DNA of 64,000 nucleotides from Plasmodiophora brassicae (Eukaryota): NCBI GenBank assembly GCA_036867785.1, contig CP145428.1, positions 1 to 64,000 of the forward strand, read 5' to 3'. Shown piece by piece: positions 45,485 to 58,400 of this stretch (position 1 is its first letter; each line of letters starts with the position of its first letter). The notes under the pieces were generated by a model. It saw only the letters and a program-made list of their open reading frames with translations, ran no database searches and was not told where the DNA came from. The position numbers and the translations under genes were made by a program.

Positions 45485-48400
45485 TTATGACCTATATTCA
45501 GCACATTGTTCCGATTCGGCCGGGTTGCATGCGACCAGTTCGCGGATAATCGCATCGATCCTCTGTACAAGCTGGGCCTGGTTGTGGATGTTGTCCAGCG
45601 ATGTGCGCTCTGGGGCCATCTGCAACATCAGCTGCGCTGTCACATCGCGCACGACCTGCTGCGGATCGCGACCGATCGTCGGGTTCGCCAGCCACAGTTG
45701 CTGATGCTGGACGCGCTCCCTGACCGCTCTAACCAGGTGCTTGACGAAATCGGATTCAGGACGCCCGTCAGGGGCTGCCGCCGCGCTTGGCGGATTTGGT
45801 GGCCCTCGAACGCGCCGAACGACATGTTCCCAAGACGATTCCAGGATGCTCTCCGCCACGTCGGCCTCAAGGGTAAACGTGTCGGGCGCCAGGGACCCGA
45901 TCTTGCTGGCGGAACCGTTGCGGTGCTTCGCTTCGACAGCAATAGGGGCGAATTCGCCCGACGATCCCGTACCAAGCGCGATGGTTATCGACGCGGAACT
46001 CTGCTTTGGACGATGCGACGGCGCCAGGCCATTCGTCTTTGGATCGCGACCGCTCTTCAAGGCTTTCTGCGATGTCGACTGCGACGTCGCGCCGAGGTAC
46101 CACCGTTTCCGAGTCGCTGCGCCGTCGACAACGGTGGAACGGTTGGCGGCGCCGCCCGAGCTCGCCTGAGCGGCCGTCGACACGGTCCTGTAGCAGAAGG
46201 AGGCCACCAGGAGAATGCAGAGCAGGTCGCAGGCGAGGAACAGGGAGTAGAACCCGGAGAACCCGGCCATGTAGGTGTGCGGGGCGACGATCGACATCAG
46301 CCACAGGACGCTCTCCGCGCACAGGCAGGCGGAGAACAGCGCGCAGACGGTGAAGACGAATCGCCCGACGTTCCTGTACGACTGGGCGTGCCCCTGCTGA
46401 TGCCGTCCGATGGAAACGGCCGCGTCCACCAACGTCTTCAGCATGGACCGACTCGTGTACAGGAAGTAGCACCCGCACAGGAGGCAGACGGCGGCGACCA
46501 GAACGGAAGCCGCATCGAACATGGCCATGTACAATGGGGTCGTGCCGAAAACCACCGTTTGTGCTGGACGCAGAGCAGCGCCGCCAACGACGAGAAACGG
46601 GACGCCGACCGCGATCAACACGTTCCCGACGGCGTACGGCCTGGCGAACCCGCTGAGCACACCCGACGGCGCGTTCGTCGACATCCTCTTCATGCGGTCG
46701 CCGATCGACCACAGCATCAGGATGAAGTAGGACAGCAGGAAGAATTCGCACATGGACGGCAGGACGGACAGAACGGCGAGCGTGATGACGGCCGTGTCGA
46801 GCGCCAGGTGCACAGCGCAGATCGCGGCGCGAACCGCACATACCACGATGGAGAGGCAGAGCAGAACGTACACGGACCGGCGGGCGTGAACCTTCGTGAC
46901 GTGGTACCTGGCCCGGACGACGAGCACAATGGCAACGCAGGCGGTCGTCAGGTACAGGCCCAGGAACGCGCGATGGATGTCGTTCGCGTCACTGAGCACG
47001 ACTTCCAGGGCCCTTCGGTCGGCAGCGGTACTGCAGGACGTGGCGCCGCATCCAGGATCGGGTTGCTGCTGCTGTTGTTCCATGTACGTGACCAGGGCGA
47101 AATCGGTCAGGTGGGTGCAGGCGCACGTGATCGACACGTTACCGCCCGACGACGACGACGACGTGGGAACCGTCGCGCAGCCGGACGTGGTCCAGTTCTG
47201 CTGAACGGTGTTGAACGTGACGCAGGCAGGGCGACGACTGGGTTGGGCGCCCGACGTCTGCTGCAACGTCACGTTGATTGGCGACGCTGACGACAGGTTG
47301 CGCACAGTGATGGGCTCGGGTGGCGACACGCCCGGCACTTGGTCGACGCGGTACGCCCGAACGGTCGTGACCGGCGATGCGGCGTCCACCAAGGGCATCG
47401 TCTGGGGGTTGCTGGCCCACGACGTGACCTGCACGCCGACGTTGCCGCTCGTGTTCGTGGCCGACCAGAAATCGGCAGGGAGAACGACGGGCGCTCGTTG
47501 AGCGACGTTGCAGGTACCGTTCGCGTGGGCCAGGCCATCCAGGGCCCAGGCCTCGGACACGAAGTTGCTCGTGGCGATCGTCGCGACCGGCTGACACGGT
47601 GGCACCCTGGCGACTTGCGCCGAGGCGATCAGATCGACGACGGCGTGGTGGAGTGGGGCGGCAGAGAGTGACGACGCGTTCTGCAGGCGACCGGCGGTGA
47701 TCGCTGACGAGACCGACCCGGCCAGGGCCGTCAGCCCCTGCATCGTCAGCGATGTGGAGGATGCGCTCGTCTCCCCAGACGTCGACAGCAACGATTGCTG
47801 GACCAGCCTGCTGACGAAGGTCAGCACCTGGCGCGTGGCGTTGGCTGACAGCTGGTGCGGTTGGGCGGTCAGCGTCCCAAGCAGGGCGGCGAGATCGTCG
47901 GCGCTGACAGCAGACGTCGTGTTCGAGCACGTGGAAACGAACGCAGAGATGAGCGCTGAGCGCGCGGCAACCACGAGCGTGGTCGACGACGAGCTCTGAT
48001 TCGTCGTTGAGTTGGCCAGCGCGTTCAGGACCAGCGTGGCCGTTTGCAGGCGGTTCATCGTGACTTGTACCGGCGCGTCGACGCTCGTTGCAGAGGCGAT
48101 CACGCCCGTCAGCACCGCCCCAGTCGACGTGCCGCGATGCACGACGACATCCGTCCAGGTCGGGGCGGAACGAACACCGCATCCGGCGACGATGGCCCGA
48201 GCGAGGACCCTGACGGGGCTCCCCGCCGGCAACGTCGTCCGCACCGACGTTGACGTCGGGTCGGTCGCCACGATGGCGTACTCGGCGCTGGAGTATGCGT
48301 CCCCGACGAACATGTACGAGAACGCGTACGTCAGGCGGCCGGGGTCGCCGGGGTTATCCCATCCCCCGGTGCTGACGTTGAACACGGTCGACAGCTCGGT

Positions 48401-51400
48401 GGCGGTACCCGCCCAGGTGACGTTCAGGGTGCCCCCGGTCGGCACCGCTGGGATCGTCCACGTCATCGAGGCCGTTGCCGTCCTGCTACTACTGCCTGGG
48501 ACGCTGACCGTGATCGTGAACCGGTACGTCGTCGCGTACCGCAGGGTGTTCGGTGCCAGGACGAGCGTCAGCGTGTTCGTTGGCGGCGTCAGCACGTTAC
48601 CGGACGCGATCGACACGTCCAGCGTGTCGCAGGACCACGACGTTGTCAGCAGGCGACGATCGATGCCGGATGGGATCGTCGCGTACAGCACCAGGGAGGC
48701 GGCAGGGTTCAGCGACGACGGCGATTGCAGACGAACCCAGAACGGGGACGTCGCCGGTGCGGTTGTTGTTGTCGGACGGCCAGCTGGGCTCCTGTCGACC
48801 GCTCTGTGCGATGTCGTCGCCTGCTGCGTCCCTCGTGGCCTAGACGTTCTGGTGGCATGTGACGGCGCGATTGGGTCGCTGGGCACGTTCCTCGTGCTTA
48901 TCGGCCTCACCGAATGCGATGGTGATGCCTTGCTCGTTGTCGTGCGATGGGGTACCCGTGTGGACTGTTTCCTGGTGGTCGTCTTCCGCGACGTCGTCGT
49001 CGTCGTCGCGTGGGTCTGGGTCATGGGCGCCTGTCTGGCTGTGGGTCGCCTTGACGTTGTTGTTCGCCATGACGTCGCATATTGTTTTGTCGCTGTCCGG
49101 TCCAGTGTAAGTCGCTTCGTGGTGAGGCGTCTCGTAGAGCCTGTGTGCTTCCCCGTTGTCTGGTGTTTCGTTGCTGACCGCCGGTGATAAGTCGAATGCT
49201 GTCTCGTGGTTGGCCTTCTCGTGGATACGCTCATTGCTGGCGACGTCTTTCTGCTTGTAGGGCGTCTCGTAATTGTTCGCCGTCTCGTTGTCGCGTGCCT
49301 CGTTGTTGTCGGACGACTTGTTGGGTGTCGCGTTGCTCGGTGCTCTGTTGTCGGTTGTCGCGTTGTTGGGTGTGTCGTTATCGGGCGTCCGGTTGTTGGA
49401 TGTCGCGTCGTGGGATGACCCGTGGGAGGTCGCCTGGTTGTGACACGTCCCGATGAGCGGCGCCTGGTACTGTGGCGCTTTGTTGTGCGGCGCCTCGTAG
49501 TCTGGTGCGCCGTACTGGAATGCCTCGCGGTGTGGTGTTTCGTCGTCGGATGACGTGTCGTCGGCCGCCCTGTTGTTTGCCCTCTTGTCGTCGGACGTCT
49601 CGCAGTAGGTCGCCTCGTAGTTGGGCGCCTTGTCGTAGGTCGTCTCGTGGTGGGATGTCGCGTTGTAGGACGCTTCGTAGTTGGCCGATCGGTTGTTGGT
49701 CGTCCATTGGTCCGACGTCTTGTAGTGGGGCGCCTTGTCGTTGGATGCCTTGTTGTGGGTCGTCTTGTGGTTGGATGTCGCGTTGTCGGACGTTTCTTGG
49801 GGGGACTTCCGGTTGTTGGTCGTCTAGTGGTCCGGTGTTTCGTCGTCGGATGACGTGTTGTTGGCCCTCTTGTGGTCGGACGTCTCGTAGTACGACGCCT
49901 TGTAGTTGGAAGTCTTGTCGTGGGTCGTCTTGTCGTGGGTCGTCTTGCGGTGGGTCGTCTTGTGGTTGGATGTCGGGTTGTCGATCGTTTCGTAGTCAGG
50001 CGTCCCGTTGTTAGACGTCGAGTGGTCGGACGTCTCGTAGTAGGTCGCCTCGTAGTTGGGCGCCTTGTGGTGGGTCGTCTTGTAGTTGGATGTCGCGTTG
50101 TAGGACGCCTCGTTGTCGGCCGTCCGGTTGTTGGTCGTCTGGTGGTCCGAGGTCTCGTAGTGGGACGCCTGGTGGGTGGATGCCTTGTGGTGGGCCGTCT
50201 CGTGGTTGGATGTCGCGTTGTAGGACGCCTCGTTGTCGGCAGTCCGGTTGTTGGTCGTCGAGTGGTCCGACCTCTCGTAGTTGGGCGCCTCGTAGTTGGG
50301 CGCCTTGTTGTGGGTCGTCTCGTGGTTGGATGCCGCGTTGTCGGACGCTTCGTTGTCGGACGTCGGGTTGTTGGTCGTCTAGTAGTCCGACGTCTCGTAG
50401 TGGGACGCCTTGTCGTTGAATGCCTTGTGGTGGGTCGTCGTGTCGTCGGCCTCCGTGTCGATGGCCGTTTCGACGTCGTCCGGCGCCTCGTGGTTGGTCG
50501 CAATGTGGCATGCCGCGTCGTCTTGGTTGAGGTCGGCGCTTGAATGATCTGCATTTGACGGACGCGATTATTGCTGACGTTCATCGGTCCGTTTAGTGGG
50601 GCACGAGACATGCCACGGCCAGGTGGGTGCCACGTACTATTGGTCGACGAAGAATAGGCTGGTGCCACTCGTGCAAAGTCCCAGCGCTTCGTTCATGCCG
50701 GCCGACGTCGGCGCTCCATCCTGGAACGTCGAACTGCCATAGCCCGCCCACGTCGTGACGTACCAGGTCGACGCCTGCAGCATGCGAATACGATAGTTCG
50801 ATCTGTCGGACACGAACAAGTTCCCGAGGCGGTCCATGGTCAGGTGCGTCGGCAGGTTGAACGCGGCCGTCGCGGCCGCCCCGTCGAGGAACGCGCCCGT
50901 CCCCGTCCCGCTGATCGTCGTGACCACGCCCGCCGTCGTTATCATCCGGATGCGATGGTTGTACTGGTCGGCGACGTACAGCGTGCCGCTGCTGGGGTCG
51001 ACGGCGATGCCACCGGGCGCGTTGAAACTGGCGGCCGTGCCCACCCCGTCGGCGAACGCGGCGCTCCCGCTTCCTGCAACCTGCAGACAGAACGCCCACC
51101 TGTCAGCACGATCGACGACAGCGTGATGCAGGGCACCAACTTACGGTGGTGACCACGCCAGCCGACGTCACCTTCCGGATGCGGTTATTGCCCCACTCGG
51201 TGAGGTAAATGTTCCCGCTGCCGTCGATGCAGGCCGCGTACGGCTGGTTGAACAGAGCGTTCCTGCCGGTGCCGTCGGCGTACCCGGAACCGCCATAGGC
51301 GCCCGCCAACGTCGACACCACGCCCGACGGCGTGATCTTCCGGACGGCGTGGTTGTACCAGTCCATGACGTAGAGGTTGTCGCTCGCGTCGACGACGATC

Positions 51401-54400
51401 TGCGCCGGCGTGTTGAAGCTGGCGCCGGTGCCCTGCCCGTCGACGAACCCGCCCGAGCCGGTGCCCGCGAACGTCGTCACGGTCCCGTTCGGGGCGATCT
51501 TCCGGATCCGCTGGTTGTACGAGTCGGAGACGAACAGGTTCCCGGACGAGTCGAAGGCCAGGCCTCGGGGCGCGTTGAACGCCGCGTTGTCGCCCGACCC
51601 GTCCTGGAACGCCGCCGTGCCGATCCCCGAGTAGGTCGATATCGGGCCGGGCTCGATCGTCGTCGACGACGGTGACGTTATCGTGATCTTGCGGACGCAG
51701 TGGTTGCTGGCCGGCCATCGGATCAGGGAACCCCGAGTAGGCGACGGTGCGCAATGTGCCACCCACGTACAGGTAATCGCCGACGAAGACGGCGTCGGTC
51801 CCGTTCAGGGCAATGCCGACGGGTCGGTTCCAGGTGGACGACATGGGAGCGCCGTCCTGGAACCCGGACGTCGATGTCCCCGCCCAGGTCGTTACGTACC
51901 ACGACGACGACGCCTGCAGGACCCGCACGCGCTGGTCCAGGTTGCCGGCGACGTACAGGTTGCCGGACGCGTCCAGCGCCAGCAGGTCGGGTGAATTGAA
52001 TCGCGCCTGCTGGCCGGGGCCGTCGAGGAACCCCTGGATCCCGTTCCCCGCGATCGTCGTCACCAGCCCGGTCGACGTCGAGATGGCGCGAATGCGATGG
52101 TTGCCCTGGTCGGCGACGTACAGGGTCGCGCCGGTGGCATCGATGGCGATGCCAGCCGGGCTACTGAATTGTGCAGCGGTTCCCAGGTCGTCGACGTACC
52201 CGGCGATCCCGCTCCCAGCAACGGTCGTGACGACGCCGGCGCGCGTCACCCGGCGCACGCGATGCCCGGCGAACTCGGTGACGTAGATGCTGCCGTCAGC
52301 GCCGATGCAGCCGGCGTACGGCTGGTTGAAGTAGGCGGACGTGCCGTCGACGTACCCCGATACGTTGCCCTGGCCGGCCAGGGTGGACACGACGCCCGAC
52401 GGGCCGATCTTCCTGATGGCGTGGTTGTACCGATCGATGACGTAGACGGTGTCGTCGGCGGCGTGGTCGACAACGACCTGGCTGGGGGCGTTCAGGCAGG
52501 CTGACGTCCCTGGCCCGTCCGCGAACATCGCCGACCCGTTGCCCGCGAACGTGGACACCGTCCCGCCGGGCGTCACCTTTCGAACGCGGTGGTTGCCCGA
52601 GTCGGCCACGTACAGGTTGCCCTTGGAGTCGAACGCCATGCCACGTGGGTTGCTGAACCGCGCTGCCGACGTTGCTGCCCCGTCCTGGTACCCGGACGAC
52701 GTGCACGTCCCAGCGTACGTCGAGACCGTACTTGGGGCATACGGCCACCACGACAGGAACGACGTCTGGGCGACAGACGCCGACGGTACCGCGCCCTGCA
52801 CCGACACAATGGAGCGGATGCGGTGGTTGCTGGACAGACGCGTGTCAATGGGGCGTCGTCGCTGCACGCCGCAGACGCCGATAACGTACTACTGGTCGGC
52901 AAGCAGAAGGTTCGTGGTCCCGTTGAAGACGAGGCCCAGCGCGCCGTTTAGGCCGGCCGACGCCGGCGCCCCGTCCTGCATCGTGGGGGACCCGCCGCCC
53001 GCCCACGTCGTCACGTACCAGGTGGGCGCCCGCAGCACCCTGATTCGATAGTTGGAGGAATCGGAGACGAACAGGTTCCCGCTGCCGTCCACCGCCATGC
53101 TCGTCGGCAGGTTGAACCTGGCGCTCAGCGGGTACCCGTCGAGGAACCCGGCCGCCCCGGTCCCCGCGATCGTGGTCACGACGCCCGTCGGCGTCACCAT
53201 GCGGATCCGATGGTTGTTCTGATCGGCAACGTACAGGGTGCCGTCGGACCCACAGGCGACGCCACCGGGCGAACTGAAGCTCGCCGCGTTGAACGTGCCG
53301 TCGGCGAACGCGGCCTGGCCACTTCCCGCCACCTGATCGACGTCACAGTCACCACACCGGTTCGGTTCGCATGAACGACAGGCCCAGAACGGACGGTGGT
53401 CACGACGCCCGCCCTTTCGTACGCGATGGTTGCCCCATTCGGTGACGTAAATGTTCCCGTTCCTGTCGATGCAGGCGGCGCTCGGCTGGTTGAACCTGGC
53501 GCCCGTGCCGGTTCCGTCCGCGTACCCGGAGGTGCCCCCGGCGCCCGCCAGCGTCGAGACGGCGCCCGACGGCGTGATCATGCGGACAGCATGATTGTAC
53601 AGGTCGACGACGTAGACGTTGTCGCTGGCGTCCACGACGACCTGCGCCGGCGTGTTGAAGCTGGCGCTCGTGCCTTGCCCGTTCGCGAACGCAGCCGAGC
53701 CGCTCCCCGCCCACGTCGACACGGTCCCGCCCGGCGTTACCTTTCGTATGCGATGGTTGGCCGAATCGGCCACGTACACGTTGCCGGATGCGTCGAGGGC
53801 CACGCCCCGCGGCGTGTTGAACGTGGCCGTCGACGCTGCCCCGTCCTGGTAGGACGACGAACCCGTCCCCGCGTACGTGCTCACGGTTCCCGCTGCCGGT
53901 ACCGCCTGTGTGACGATCTGGACCTTTCGAACGCAATGATTGCTGAGCGACAACGACGTCAGCCAGGCGTGGCGCTTCGCACACTGTGTTCTACCTGCTG
54001 TCCGCAACGTAGATCGAGCTGTTCCCATTCAGGGCAACGGCGGTGGGCTGGTTCAGCGTCGCGGACGTGGGCGCCCCGTTCTGATAGCCAGACGATGCCG
54101 TGCCCGCCCAGGTCGACACGTACCACGACGACGCCGCCTGCAGCATGCGCAGGCGGTAGTTGAGCCTGTCGGTCAGGAACAGGTTGCCGGACGCGTCGAT
54201 GGCCAGCCCGGACGGGTTGTTGAACAGGGCGAGCGACGGCGACCCGTCGAGGAACCCGCCGCTCCCCGTCCCGGCGATCGTTGTCACGACGGCGGACGCG
54301 CTGACGAAACGAACCATGCGGATCCGGTGGTTGCTCTGGTCGGCGACGTACAGCGTCCCGCTGGCGTCGATCGCAATTCCAGTCGGGCCGTTGAAGCTGG

Positions 54401-55109
54401 CGGCCGTGCCCGTCCCATCAGAGAACGCAGCACTGCCGCTCCCGGCGACGGTCGTCACGACGCCGCCCGGCGTGACTTTGCGGATCCGGTTGTTCTGCAC
54501 CTCGGTGACGAACAGGTTGCCGCTGGCGTCGATGCACCCGCCATACGGTTGGTTGAAATAGGCCGACGACCCGGTTGCATCGACGTATCCCGAGGTGCCG
54601 CCTTTCCCAGCTGAACGTTAACATGTCCGATGAGTGGCCGCCGCGCTCGAAATGATGACCGGGCGAGTACTCGCACCTAACGTCGTGACGGTACCTGACG
54701 GCGTGATCTTCCGGATCGCATGGTTGTACGAATCCATAACGTAGATGTTGTCGCTGGAGTCGACGACCAGCTGGGCCGGCGTGTTGAAGCTGGCCGAGGT
54801 CGCCTGCCCGTCGGCGAATGCCGCGTTGCCAGAGCCGGCGAACGTCGAGACGGTGCCGTTCGGGGCCACCTTCCGGATTCTGTGGTTGCTCGAGTCGGCC
54901 ACGAACAGGTTGCCGCTGGAGTCGACAGCGACGCCCCGTGGCGAATTGAACATGGCGGTCGATGCGGTCCCGTCGCGGTACCCGGCGCTCGTCTGGCAGA
55001 TGCCGGCGTACGTCGACACGCTGCCTGCCGTGTACCCTGCGGCTAGTCCCCAAGCGCTGCCAGCAAGCGTTACGAGGACAACATCCCAGAAGGCGATACG
55101 GGTCGGCAT
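45485..55109 (-). CDS. Giant adhesion-GPCR/polycystin-like receptor A: signal, 24 NHL repeats, PTTRR stalk, REJ-like region, GPS, 7TM
   Basis: Signal MPTRIAFWDVVLVTLAGSAWG. NHL repeats (FNxPxGxAxDxxGNLxVADxxNHRIRK) over about 7 exons. REJ-like PTGGTLNV...ELSTVFNVSTGGW...LTYAF. GPS W..SGC...CACTHLTDFAL. Seven hydrophobic helices. Confidence 0.9.
49200..50520 (-). repeat. Coding 15-bp tandem repeat (PTTRR/PTTRH/PTTKR) in receptor A
   Basis: Dozens of degenerate pentapeptide units, mirrored as VVGRL on the plus strand. Confidence 0.95.
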
Positions 55110-55487
55110 TCGTGGCGGTTTCGCCGTCCCACCCGTATCATACACCCGTCGTCGTGGATACGCCTCGATAGTCACGATCACGTTGGCTCTCTGGAGCGAT
55201 CCTCATCTATCCGTACTCGTTTAGCGCATCCCGATCCGGTGACACTGCTGACCGCCTGTCCATGTCGTTAGTCAACAGGAGACACGTACACTTGCGATGA
55301 TCCTAGAAAGCAAAGCACGTTACGCACAGTGTGCTGCTTCAAATTTGGATCGTGCGGTTCCTCGCGTACAGCCCTGAAACGCTTGGCGGGTCAAGCTGGA
55401 GCGCGCCTCCATTACAGGTACAAGTGCAAAGACCTCGTGTGTATTTCGATAACAACGTGACACACGCAGCAGTGGACGACTCGTGCA

Positions 55488-58400
55488 TTAATTGTGAGCC
55501 TCGGCGTCGGGTGAGCGATCGCCCACGACAGTGTCGATCCGCTGGGCAGGTTGTGCCTGCGTGGTCCTGTTGTCCAGGGGCGCGCAGCCTGGCGCCATCT
55601 GTAGCGTCACCTGCGGTGCCATGTCGCGTGCAGACGGCCCCTGAACTCCAGACGATGGCTCCGGCGCCAACGACAGTTGCCGATGGTGAAGACGGTCTGG
55701 GCCAGTCCTAGCAAGATAGTCCTCAGGTTGCGGTTCTCGATGAGGCCGAACAGCATCAGGCCGTTTCTTAGCCAGCAGTGCGTCCTTTCCGGATACGGCC
55801 CGCTCCCATGTCGACCCCAGGATCTCCTCGACCGCCTCGGCTTCATACTTGACGTGCTCGGTCTGTCGCCCAGTTCCGGCATCGACATCAGCCGACGCCT
55901 GAATGTTATGAAGCTTGGAGTTGGCAACTACAGGTACGAATTCCATAGTCGTTGCTGCACCCAGAGCGACCGCGATTGCCGCTGAACTCTGTTTGGGCAG
56001 GTGCGGCAGTGTTTGATTCGCCTTTCCGGAGAGTTTCTTTTCCGACCATTGCCCGATCAGGCTTCCGGGTTTCCGCTGGGTTTTCCCCACTATCGTCGTG
56101 CCGGCGCCAGCATTGGCCTGTGCCGCTGTCGACACAGTCCTGCGGCAGAACGCGACGACGAGTAGGACGCAGAGCAGGTCGCAGGACAGGAAGAGGGCGT
56201 AGAATCCGAGGAACCCGGCCATGTATGCCTGCGGGACGATGATGGACAGCAGCCATAGCACGCTCTCGACGCACAGGGCAGCCGAGAACAGGGTGCACGT
56301 GATGAACACAAACCGACCGACGCGCCTGTACGACTGAGCGTGTCCCTGCTGATGGTTCCCGATGGAAGCGGCCGCCTCCGCCAACGTGTTCCGCATGGAA
56401 CGGCTGGTGTACAGGAAGTAGGACCCGCAAAGAAGGCAGGCGGCGGCGACCAGAGCGGCGGCGACGTCGAACAGAATCAGGTACAGAGGAACCGTCCGAA
56501 CGACGACGCTGTCTGTGGAAGTCACAGCGACACCACAAATGACCAGCGCGGGCACGCCAAGCGATATCGTCAAGTTGCCGACAACGTATGGCCCCACGAC
56601 GCCAGTCAGCACATTCGTGGGTGCGCCCGTCGACATCTTCTTCATGCGGTCGCCGACCGACCAGATCATCAGAATGAAGTACGTCAGAAGGAAGAACTCG
56701 CACATGGACGGCAGGACGGACAGAACGGCGACCGGGACAATGGCGGCGGTGAACGCCAGGTTCACAGCGCAGATCGCTGAACGAACCAGACAGACCGTGA
56801 CGGAGAGCGACAGTAAGACAAATACGGAATGTCGAGCGTGCACCTTGGTGACATGCCGTCGGGCCAGGGCGGCAAGCGCAACAGCAACGCTTCCTGTCGC
56901 TAGGTACAGCCCCAGGAACACGCGATGGACGGCGTTGGCGTCGCTGATGACCGCCTCCAGTGCTTGCTGAGCAGAGATCCACGTCGACGCACCACATCCA
57001 GGTGCTGGTTGCACCTGCTCCATGTACATGACCAGCGCGAAGTCTGTCAGGTGTGTACAGGCACACGTCACCGATGTGGCGTTGCTGGACAGGATCGTCG
57101 TGCATCCCGCTGTGGTCCAGTTCTGGTACACGCTGTCGAACGTGACGCAAACGGGACGGGTGGCATTGGCCGAACGACACGAGGGTGTTCCCGATACGTC
57201 GATGTCCGGACGCCACCGGGTTGTGGGTACCAACGTGACCTGGACAGGGGACGCGGACGACAGGTTGTGTACATGGATCGGGTCGGGCGATGACATCGTC
57301 CCTGCTGCTGAACGCAGCAGGTTGTAGGCGCGGACGGTGACAACAGGGGATGCCGGGTTCACCATCGCCGATGCCTGCGGGTCTCCCGCCCACGTCGTCA
57401 TCTGTACCCCCACGTCGCCGCTGATGTTCATGGCCGACCAGAAATCGGACGGAAGCACGACGGATGAGGAAGGGCGTACGACGCCCGTCGTATCGCAGGT
57501 GCCGCTCACGTGGTCGAGGCCGTCCAGCGCCCAGGCCTGAGACACGAAGTTGGGCGTTGCGATCGTAGACACAGGTTGGCATGGGGACACTGTCGCGACC
57601 TGCGCCATGGCAATCATGTCGACGACGGTACCCGCGGGCGCCATTGCCGATCGTACAGGCGACGTTGTGGTGTTCATCAGGTCGGAGGCGGTCATCGCTG
57701 ACGATACCGATTGAGCTAGGGCGGTCAGCCCCAGGAACGTCAGCGATGGTGATGACGTCGGCGTCGTTGTGCCCGATAATGATTCCTCGAGCAGCGTTCG
57801 GGCGAACGACAGGACTTGCTGGGTGGTATTGGGCGACAGCTGATGAGGCTGGGCGGTCAGCGCCCCAAGCAGCATGGCAGCGTCGTCAGCGCTCGTCGCG
57901 TTCGACCACGTTGCGACCAGCGCCGATATCAGTGTGGACCGTGCCGCGACGACGGCGGGTGACGACGACGTCGGGCTGGGCGTTGTTGCGTTGGCCAGAG
58001 CATTCAGGGCCAGCGTGGCCGTCTGCAGGCGGTTCAATGCGACCCGGGGCGGATCCCCAGCCCAGGTCGCACTGGCAGCAGCGCTGGCCAGCACGGTTTC
58101 AGGCGGCGCCCGCTGAACGACAACATCGACCCAGGCGGGCGACGAGCGAACGCGCGACCCGGACGCGATGGCACGAACGAGCAGCCGAACGCCGGCCGAG
58201 TTCCCCGCAGGCAACGTCGTCATCACCGAGGGCGATGTCGGGTCACCCGCCGCCACGATACCGTACTCGGCGCCGGACGGGTCTCCCACGATCATGTACG
58301 AGAACGCGTACGACAGACGGGAATCGGCGTGCCATCCCCAGGTGCTGACTTTGAACATGGTCGATAGCTCCTGGGCGGCGCCTGCCCAGGACACGTTGAC

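Noticed and set aside
49200-50520. Regular short repeats as a possible CRISPR array
   Set aside because: They are degenerate contiguous 15-bp coding repeats with no unique spacers, in a eukaryotic context with no cas genes.
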